A DNA stretch of 16,361 nt, taken from NCBI GenBank assembly GCA_963816185.1, contig CAWFJJ010000015.1, forward strand, positions 1-16,361, given 5' to 3'. The notes beneath the pieces are model-generated. The model was given only the letters and a program-made list of their open reading frames with translations. It did no database searches and was not told where the DNA came from. This document shows, in pieces, positions 1 through 6,641 of the stretch (within the stretch, counting starts at the first letter, position 1; each line of letters begins with the position of its first letter). The stretch is from Thermoanaerobaculia bacterium (GTDB taxonomy: Bacteria > Acidobacteriota > Thermoanaerobaculia > UBA5066). A program made the translations under genes and the position numbers.

Positions 1-35
1 CTAACCTTTCTCTCGTTCGCTGCCAACATAGTGCC

Positions 36-506
36 CTGATCCGCTGGCCTGACCGCTACGACCCGGCGAGAGCGCCGGTCCACGTCTCGAATGAGATCGA
101 CACGCCTGCGCCTCCCGAAGCCCTTTGGGCATGGCTGGTGCATGCGCCGCTCTGGCCGACGTGGTACCCGAACGCGAAGGACGTCGTTCTCGAAGGAGGG
201 GCCTCGGAGGTGGCCCTCGGTGTGAACTTCACGTGGCGGACGTTCGGCGTCGCCATTCGCTCCACCGTCCTCGAGTTCGAGCCCTGCGAGCGAATCGCGT
301 GGAATGCGCTCGGACTCGGCGTCGACGCGTACCACGCCTGGGAGATCACCCCGACAGCGGCCGGCGCGCACATCCTTACGGAAGAGACCCAATACGGCTG
401 GGCGGCGCGGCTCGGCAGCATCGTCTTCCCGAACCGGATGGCGAAGTTCCATCAGATCTGGCTGGAGCAGCTCAGCGCGAAAGCGCGGGGCGGCCTGCCG
501 GGCTGA
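36..506 (+). CDS. SRPBCC (polyketide cyclase/dehydrase-like, START fold) family protein
   Basis: The frame of ORF 138..506 extends upstream with no stop as IRWPDRYDPARAPVHVSNEIDTPAPPEALWAWLVHAPLWPTWYP. That is a typical SRPBCC N-terminus, followed by FEPCERIAW, AYHAWEITP and ILTEETQYG. The start is uncertain: CTG36, ATC39, or outside the window (the frame is open to the left edge). Confidence 0.85.
   Translation: MIRWPDRYDPARAPVHVSNEIDTPAPPEALWAWLVHAPLWPTWYPNAKDVVLEGGASEVALGVNFTWRTFGVAIRSTVLEFEPCERIAWNALGLGVDAYHAWEITPTAAGAHILTEETQYGWAARLGSIVFPNRMAKFHQIWLEQLSAKARGGLPG
370..487 (+). repeat. Copy 1 of a diverged ~118 bp direct repeat (3' part of the SRPBCC gene)
   Basis: Manual ungapped alignment to 2001..2118 (offset 1631) gives 17 mismatches in 118 nt, about 86% identity. 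Confidence 0.95.
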
Positions 507-657
507 AGACGCCGACGCCACGGAACGCGATATGTTTCGTAAGGGGTCGTTCTCGACGCTTTCGTTGGCCCGTTTCCGAACGCTGAAAGGCCTTTGCGAA
601 CTGCTCCGTCTCGATGTCGAAGACGACTCGTCGAACTCGCCGACTCGTGTTTCGTTC
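472..657 (-). pseudogene. Possible N-terminal relic of a DEDD/RNase H-like exonuclease
   Basis: A minus frame not in the ORF track reads RRVVFDIETEQFAKAFQ...KHIAFRGVGVFS. VVFDIET (607..627) resembles the ExoI DxE motif. There is no in-frame start, and the frame ends antisense inside the SRPBCC gene. Confidence 0.35.
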
Positions 658-742
658 TCAACCTCCCTTGGCCTTGCGCGCTATAAAAAGTCACGTCCGA
701 CCACGTTACCGACGCAAGAAAGCGGCGACGCCTCAGGGCCGG

Positions 743-1816
743 CTAAGTAGTGACCCCATCTTTGAAGTAAGCGCTAACTTCCTCGTTCCAGACGAAGAAG
801 CTGGCTGCAAGAGAGCACCACTGATCTCGAGGGATGGGGCCATCGGTACGAAAGACTTTGACATGGCAGCCCGCCTTTCCACTCCCGCGGACGTGCTCCG
901 CGAGCCGTCGAGTGATCTCGCCCGAACCATAGAGGCGGACTGCGCCATCAGCGTGGAAGAAGGTCTCCGCCGCCAAACCATAAATGGAGTGTAGGTACCG
1001 GCTGGCGCGGTACGCGCATGCCTCCACGGTCGGGACCTCCTCGCAGACGAAGTGGAGTTCGTGTCCCATTCGTGTCCACGCCCAGTCCGTGTAAGCGATA
1101 TCGGTCTCAGCCCCTTCGTCCGGGTACCACCGGCCGTGATCTTCCTGGTCGTCACCGAGTGCGTGCAGTCGCGACCAATCGAGCGGCCGACCCCATGCGC
1201 GCATCGCGAAGAGAGCACCCATATACCCATCACGCTTCGCGCGCATTAGCGGATCGAGACGCACTCGGACCTTTACCTCTCTGGGAAGTCTCTCCAGGAC
1301 TAAGTGCGCCCGAGAGATGGAGTTGGACGCCCAGAAAAGACTCGGCACGAGCTGAAAGACCGTTCCTCCGCGGGCGTATGCGCCGCCGTGCAGTTGGTCA
1401 AAGTGATCCACCGAGACTCAAGCGCTCAGCATCTAAGTCGAGACCTCTGAAGGTCCGGATGATCATATGGCGCTGGGACTTCGAGCGTCTGCTGACGGGC
1501 GAGATGGCCACGTCTTCGAGTCTGGAGCTCGACGCTGACCAACCGTTCCGCAAGAAAGCGACGAAAAAAGATGTTCCACGTGTGCGGGATCCCTCGCGGG
1601 TGGAATACATCCACGCTCCTTGAGGTCCGTCCTCGTCGAGGAGTCGAGCGTATCAATGGGAACCGAAGCGAGAAAACCTTGGAGGTCTCCGTGTAGAGCA
1701 TGGTCTGGATTGTGCAGAATCTCCCTGAGGCCGTAGTCGCTGTCGTACTGCATCGACAGTTCCCGTACTAGGGCTTCTGGGATGTCGCGTGGTAGGCGGA
1801 ACGGATCAAACTCCAT
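743..1816 (-). CDS. Uncharacterised protein (~356 aa when three +1 frameshifts are corrected)
   Basis: ORFs 1463..1855, 1426..1701, 1398..1610 and 743..1411 join into one frame if single extra bases near 1620, 1448 and 1420 are removed: MEFDPFRLP...DLK/SVDVFHPRG...HPDLQ/GLDLDAERL/VSVDHFDQLHGG...CEE...RYLHSIY...HADGAVRLY...KVFRTDG...FFVWNEEVSAYF. ATG1816 is chosen as start; 1837 and 1855 are alternatives. Confidence 0.7.
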
Positions 1817-1832
1817 TGACGGTATCCATAGT

Positions 1833-1889
1833 CTCATCCTCACCCATCCAGACATGGATCACAGGGACGGGTTGAAGGACTTTTTCGAC
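1833..1889 (+). pseudogene. Relic of an MBL-fold (ComEC/Rec2-like) metallo-hydrolase
   Basis: Reads LILTHPDMDHRDGLKDFFD, matching the hydrophobic-T-H-x-D-x-D-H-x-x-G metal-binding motif of ComEC-like MBL folds. The flanking translation shows no further similarity. Confidence 0.55.
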
Positions 1890-1999
1890 CCGGAAGGGTT
1901 GTCTCCGCGGCGCGCGCACGTCGGCGAGCCTCAGCCAACCGAACGTCGCCGTTCCTACGCATTCGAAGGGAATCCCGTCTTTCGTCCTCGTCGTCGCGC

Positions 2000-2131
2000 G
2001 ACATCCTCGCGGAAGGGGTCCAGTATGGCTGGGCGGCGCGCCTCGGAAGCATCGTCTTCCCGAATCGGATGTCGAAGTTTCATCAGATCTGGCTGGAACG
2101 GCTCAGCCTGAGAGCGCGAGAATTCGCCTGA
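2000..2131 (+). pseudogene. Orphan 3' fragment of an SRPBCC gene (repeat copy 2)
   Basis: Translates DILAEGVQYGWAARLGSIVFPNRMSKFHQIWLERLSLRAREFA* against HILTEETQYGWAARLGSIVFPNRMAKFHQIWLEQLSAKARGGLPG* in the intact gene. It has no 5' portion. Confidence 0.9.
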
Positions 2132-2475
2132 CGAATAAGAAGACCGCCAAGACAGCCAAGACATACGTCCCCGATCCCGCCTTCGCTCCCGTTGTGGATG
2201 CGTTCGCCGGCAAGCGCGACGTGACCCGGGGCATGATGATGGCGTCCTACGGACTCAAGGTGGGCGGGAAGATCTTCGCGATGTTCGGGAAGGGGCGGTT
2301 CGTCGTGAAGCTCCCGAAGGCGCGCGTCGACGCTCTCGTCGGACGCGGGGAAGGTGCGCGCTTCGAGCCGATGCCGGGACGCGCGATGAAGGAGTGGGTC
2401 GTCGTGAAGGCCGGAGCGGCGGATTGGATCGCGCTCGCGAACGAGGCGTACGGGTTCGTCAAGCGGGGGAGATGA
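2128..2475 (+). CDS. TfoX/Sxy N-terminal domain-like small protein
   Basis: GLKVGGKIFAMF...FVVKLPKARVDALV...RFEPMPGRAMKEWVVV...WIALANEAYGFV is the typical TfoX_N-like pattern. The frame extends upstream of GTG2194 to CTG2128, which overlaps the TGA of the SRPBCC fragment. The start is uncertain. Confidence 0.8.
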   Translation: MTNKKTAKTAKTYVPDPAFAPVVDAFAGKRDVTRGMMMASYGLKVGGKIFAMFGKGRFVVKLPKARVDALVGRGEGARFEPMPGRAMKEWVVVKAGAADWIALANEAYGFVKRGR

Positions 2476-2478
2476 GCG

Positions 2479-3276
2479 TCAAGGATCGCCGCGCTGGGAG
2501 ACGATTCGTGCGCTCAGGAGCGGACCGTCCGACGAGACCGTCACGATGCTCCTCGAAAAACCGCTGATGGAGAACGCCCGAAGGATGGAGCCGAGGTCGT
2601 ACGTGTTCATTTGAATGTAAGGGAGCCTCGACGTTCCCCTCAGAATGGAAACCGCGGCATGAACGAGTCGTGAACGCGCTCGGAACCAGCGTCCGATTCT
2701 TCGAAAACGCGAGCCGGCGCGGTAGAACGTGATGTCGATGCTGCAGAGTCCCCCCGGGGCAACGAGCGACAGGAGACGACGGAGGATGCGGTCGCCGGAC
2801 GACGGCGGAACGTGCTGCAAAACGAGATGCGCGCACGCAAGGTGAACGGACGACGGTGGCACGGCAAAAAAGTCGTTCAAGGTGAGGAACTCGACGTTCT
2901 CCACGCGGGCGGCTTCGCAGTGCGTTCTTGCGCGCGCCAACATGCTTTCGGCGGTGTCGACCGCGAGAACACGCCTCGCGCGGCGGGCGAGCGGGATCGA
3001 GAGACGGCCGACGCCGCAGCCGAAATCGAGCACGCCGTCGAGAGGGAGCTCGAAGCGGAACAGGGATTCGGCGTCTTGCAGGAGATCCTGGACCTCCCTC
3101 TCGCCCGACGCGAAGAACTCTTCGAGGCGGCCGGCGGTGAGGTTCGCCGATAGGAAGTTCGGATTCGTCAGAACTGCAAAATAGGGTTCGAAAGAGCCGA
3201 GCTCCTGCCACGCGCTGCCCGCCTTCACGGACGGCAACTTGCGGAACTTCGGGAGGCGCCGGGGGATCGGGACCAT
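2479..3276 (-). CDS. Class I SAM-dependent methyltransferase
   Basis: C-terminal part of ORF 2479..4755. It has motif I VLDFGCGVGRL, VLAVD, HLVLQH and LVAPGG, plus an N-terminal WQELGSFEPYFAVLT. ATG3276 lies 7 nt after a TATGCT -10-like hexamer. Confidence 0.9.
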   Translation of the reverse strand: MVPIPRRLPKFRKLPSVKAGSAWQELGSFEPYFAVLTNPNFLSANLTAGRLEEFFASGEREVQDLLQDAESLFRFELPLDGVLDFGCGVGRLSIPLARRARRVLAVDTAESMLARARTHCEAARVENVEFLTLNDFFAVPPSSVHLACAHLVLQHVPPSSGDRILRRLLSLVAPGGLCSIDITFYRAGSRFRRIGRWFRARSRLVHAAVSILRGTSRLPYIQMNTYDLGSILRAFSISGFSRSIVTVSSDGPLLSARIVSQRGDP

Positions 3277-3283
3277 CGGCGGA

Positions 3284-3289
3284 AGCATA
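3284..3289 (-). promoter_or_regulatory. Putative -10 element for a leaderless methyltransferase transcript
   Basis: TATGCT (TANNNT) sits 7 nt upstream of ATG3276, and no Shine-Dalgarno sequence is present. Confidence 0.4.
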
Positions 3290-3396
3290 GCGGGCTCAGC
3301 GTGGCCGGCGCGGCCCGAGCGCGCATGCGCCGGTCCCGGTATCCTTCGAAGCGTGGGCGCGACCGCGTGTGCGCCTCGATGAACGAGGGAGGATCC

Positions 3397-3936
3397 GTGA
3401 AGATACTTCGCCGCCTCGTCATTTTCGGCTGTGCCGCTCTCCTCACCGGGCTGCCGGCGGCCGCTGCGGACCGCGCCGCCGTCCTCCGCGCGGCTCACGA
3501 GGTCGCGCAGAGGGCCCGATACGCCACCTTCATCACGATCGGGGAGGACGGGCAGCCGCAGGCGCGCATCGTGGACGCGCTCGGGCCGGACGAGGATTTC
3601 AACGTCTGGGTGGGGACGAATCCGCTCACGCGCAAGGTCGCCGAGATCGCGAAGGATCCGCGCGTCACGCTGTCGTTCTTCGACGCCGCGGGCCCGGCGT
3701 ACGTCACGCTCGTCGGGATCGCGCGCCTCGTCATCGATCCTGCCGAGAAGGCGAAGCACTGGAAGAGCGCATGGGCGCCCTTTTACAAGAACGAGTATCG
3801 CGGCGCGGACTTCGCTCTGATCGCCGTCGTCCCGCGACGGCTCGAAATCGTCAGTGAGGGCCACGGCCTGATCAACGAGCCCCTGACCTGGCGTCCGGTC
3901 TCCGTCGAATTCCCCGCGAAAGCGCCGCCGCGCTAG
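3397..3936 (+). CDS. Pyridoxamine 5'-phosphate oxidase-like (FMN-binding split barrel, general stress protein 26-like) protein with signal peptide
   Basis: RBS GAGGGAGG precedes GTG3397. Motifs are YATFITIGEDGQPQARIV, TRKVAEIAKDPRVTLSF and YVTLVGIARLV. The N-terminus MKILRRLVIFGCAALLTGLPAAAA looks like a signal peptide. Confidence 0.88.
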   Translation: MKILRRLVIFGCAALLTGLPAAAADRAAVLRAAHEVAQRARYATFITIGEDGQPQARIVDALGPDEDFNVWVGTNPLTRKVAEIAKDPRVTLSFFDAAGPAYVTLVGIARLVIDPAEKAKHWKSAWAPFYKNEYRGADFALIAVVPRRLEIVSEGHGLINEPLTWRPVSVEFPAKAPPR

Positions 3937-3990
3937 TCGCCGGCCGCCACGCCGCGCGATATCGTTGCCGGCAGGAAGTCGCTTCTCACG

Positions 3991-5077
3991 ATGCCTCCCT
4001 ATCTTCTCCAAACGCTTCCCGGCCCGTACCGTTTCTACCGTGGGGGCGAGATCCCCGAGGTGACGCTCGCGTACGAGACGTGGGGAACGCTTTCGCCCGC
4101 GAAGGACAACGCCCTTCTCCTCACGACGGGCCTTTCCCCAAGCAGCCATGCCCGCTCGAACGCGCTCAACCCGGAGCCCGGCTGGTGGGAGGAGATGATC
4201 GGGCCGGGCCGGCCGCTCGACACGAACCGCTGGTTCGTGATCTGCAACAACTCGTTCGGGTCCTGCCTGGGCTCGACCGGACCGGCCTCCACGGACCCCC
4301 GTACCGGCCGGCGTTACCGGCTCACGTTCCCGTGCCTGTCCATCGAGGACATCGCGACCACGAGCCGGCTCCTCCTGAAATCGCTCGGCATCCATCCCGT
4401 CGCCGCCGTCGTGGGCTCCTCGATGGGCGGGATGACGGCGCTGGCCTACGGCGTCATGTTTCCCTTCGAGGCGGATCGGATCCTGTCCATCTCGGCGGGC
4501 GCGCACGCGCTGCCGTTCGCGATCTCCATGCGGTCCTCTCAGCGCGAGGCGATCCGGCTCGATCCGGACTGGCAGGGCGGCGAATACCCGCCGGAGAGAC
4601 CGCCCAAGAGCGGGATGAGGCTGGCCCGGAAGCTGGGCGTCACGACGTACCGGTCGCCGGGCGAGTGGAACGAACGATTCGGCCGGAAGCGCATCGCGCC
4701 GCCCCCGGCCGATCCGTTCGCGACGCGCTTCGAGGTCGAGTCGTACCTCGATCACCAGGCGGAAAAGTTCGTGGGCCGCTTCGACGCCGAACTGCTACCT
4801 CTACCTCTCGCGGGCGATGGACCTCTTCGACCTCGGCGACCATGGCTCGTCGATCGTGGACGCGCTCTCGAAGCTCAGGGCGTGCCGCACGCGGATCATC
4901 GGCGTGGAGAGCGACATCCTTTTCCCCGTCGAGCAGCAGAACGAGCTCGCCGCGGCGCTTCACGAGGCCGGCGTGGAATCCTCGTTCGTGAGCCTCGGCT
5001 CCATCCACGGCCACGACTCGTTTCTCATCGACTACGAGCGCTTCGGTCCCGCGGTGGGAGAGTTTCTGAAGGATTGA
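3991..5077 (+). CDS. metX: MetX-family (homo)serine O-acyltransferase, probably serine-preferring; one frameshift
   Basis: Motifs: LAYETWGTL, TGLSPSSHA, GWWEEMIGPGRPLDTNRWFVIC, GSCLGSTGP, nucleophile GSSMGG, ESDILFP and HGHDSFL. Removing the extra G at 4789 restores FDANCYLYLSRAMDLFDL and joins ORF 4817..5077. Confidence 0.92.
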
Positions 5078-6554
5078 GGCGGAGGAAGACGCGCACCGTT
5101 CCGGAGCCTCCGAACGCGCGCGCACTGTAGCGCGCGACCTCACGCCAGCCCTCCAGCGCGCCGGGATCGAGGTGGAGTGAAGGCTCGAGGAAACGGTCGA
5201 GCGTGACGAGCGCGTCCGCGTCCGCCTCGCGGAGTAGGCGTGGCGGGATCGAGCCGCCTTCCCCCACGGGCCGCCCGAGCCAGACGAGCGCCGCGGGTGA
5301 CACGAGACCCGTCGTGTCGAGCACCCGCGCGCGCGTCACCCAGCCGAGAGCGCCGATCTCGGGCGCCGCTACGGTCTCTTCCGGCCGCAGGGCCAGCGCC
5401 GCCGCAGCGCGGGCGTAGACGTCCTCGCGGCCCGACGGGTCGTAGGGGCGGAACGCGGCCACGTGGACGGCCGCCGATGCCGCGAGGAGGAATGCCGCGG
5501 CCGCGCGGCCGGGCCGGGGAAGGCGCGCGGCGCACGCGACGATGACGAATGCCGAAGCGATCACGAGCGGCGGGCGGTACCAGTCGAAGACGAGGGGATT
5601 CGCGACGGCGAAGGCCGCCAGGTAGAGAGTCGAGAAACCGGCGAAAGCGAGAGTCGCAAGCTCACCGAGCGCGGCCCGCCCCGGGATGACGATCAGAGCG
5701 AGCGCGACCGGGGCCGCGAGCGATGCGACGAAGGGGGGCGCCGGCGTTTCACGGGCGACGAGGGGATCGAGAATCGTCTCCCCGAGACGCGAGAGCGCGT
5801 GGCCGGGAGGCATCGCGTACGCGAGGCGCTTTGCCGTCACGCTGTGGGGGAGAGGTGAGCCGTAAGCGATCCAGAGGGCGGCCGCGGCGGCGGCGGCGGG
5901 TGCGAGGCCGAAGGCGAATGCGCGCCACGGCCAGCGTCCCCGCGCGGCGCGGAGCGCGAAGACGAGCGCAGCGGCGAGGGCGGCGGCGTCGGGATGAAGG
6001 AAGCAGAGCGCGCCGGCGGCCGCGAACGCGGCCGCGGCCCGCCCGCGGCAGGCAAGCTCGACCGCTCCGAGAAGGCCGACGAGGTAGAGCGGCGTCTCCA
6101 TGCCGGACGCGAAGACCTCGAGCGAGGCGCGCGGCGAGAGTGCGGCGGCGACGAACAGACCCGCGAGCACCGGATCCGAGGCGCGGCGCACGAGCCTGTA
6201 GCCGAGGAGAGCGCAGGCCGGAAGGCACGCGGCGCCCAGCGCAAAGGCGAGATCCGGGATCGCGACACCCGTCAGCCGGTGAAGGCCGGCCAGGAGGACG
6301 GCGAAGAGCGGGGCCGACGTCCCGAGAACGCGCTCACCGGCGTTGTAGACGAGGCCCGCTCCGTCGGCGAGGTTTCGGGCGTAACGGAACGTGATGTACG
6401 CGTCATCAACGAAGAGGGGGCCGTGACGAAGCGCGGCACCGCCGATGACGAGCGCGACGCCGAGCGGCAGAAAGAGCTCGCGCCCCCGGTACGGCGCCGG
6501 ACCGCCGGCCGTCCCGGGTCCCGCGAGAGGCGGATCGACGCGCGGTGAGGCGAT
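5025..6554 (-). CDS. Multi-pass membrane glycosyltransferase-like protein (GT-C type)
   Basis: The frame of ORF 5025..6191 extends upstream through LFVDDAYITFRYARNLADGAGLVYNAGERVLGTSAPLF. It also has SGMETPL, many hydrophobic segments and a C-terminal EIGALGW...LDTTGLVSP. No canonical in-frame start exists upstream of 6191, so the start is ATC6554 or ATG6561 with a frameshift. Confidence 0.82.
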   Translation of the reverse strand: MASPRVDPPLAGPGTAGGPAPYRGRELFLPLGVALVIGGAALRHGPLFVDDAYITFRYARNLADGAGLVYNAGERVLGTSAPLFAVLLAGLHRLTGVAIPDLAFALGAACLPACALLGYRLVRRASDPVLAGLFVAAALSPRASLEVFASGMETPLYLVGLLGAVELACRGRAAAAFAAAGALCFLHPDAAALAAALVFALRAARGRWPWRAFAFGLAPAAAAAAALWIAYGSPLPHSVTAKRLAYAMPPGHALSRLGETILDPLVARETPAPPFVASLAAPVALALIVIPGRAALGELATLAFAGFSTLYLAAFAVANPLVFDWYRPPLVIASAFVIVACAARLPRPGRAAAAFLLAASAAVHVAAFRPYDPSGREDVYARAAAALALRPEETVAAPEIGALGWVTRARVLDTTGLVSPAALVWLGRPVGEGGSIPPRLLREADADALVTLDRFLEPSLHLDPGALEGWREVARYSARAFGGSGTVRVFLRLNPSETLPPRDRSARSR

Positions 6555-6641
6555 GACCCATATTACCGGCCAAGACCGTTCGCAAGCGGGGCCGCGTGCC
6601 GTCCCACCCGTAGAATGCGCCCTCGCATCCGGGAGGATCCG

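Larger units (their letters stand above)
488..2000. mobile_element. Putative horizontally acquired islet (no mobility gene seen)
   Basis: Hand-counted 60-nt samples are 55-60% GC (781-840, 1621-1680) against 68% at 3481-3540. The segment lies between the two repeat copies and contains gene fragments. Confidence 0.55.

Noticed and set aside
532-750. Plus-strand short ORF starting at ATG532
   Set aside because: No RBS, no recognisable motif and atypical composition.
370-2118. Repeat pair as a diversity-generating retroelement TR/VR
   Set aside because: Only 6 of 17 mismatches fall at adenines of copy 1, many are synonymous non-A changes, and no reverse transcriptase is in the window.
2140-2163. 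9 bp tandem repeat AAGAC(C/A)GCC x2.7
   Set aside because: It encodes KTAKTAKT in the low-complexity N-terminus of the TfoX-like protein and is too short to be an array or element end.
3277-4755. N-terminal ~490 aa of the 758 aa minus-strand ORF
   Set aside because: It is the antisense shadow of the split-barrel and metX-like genes. Only the part below 3276 has methyltransferase motifs.
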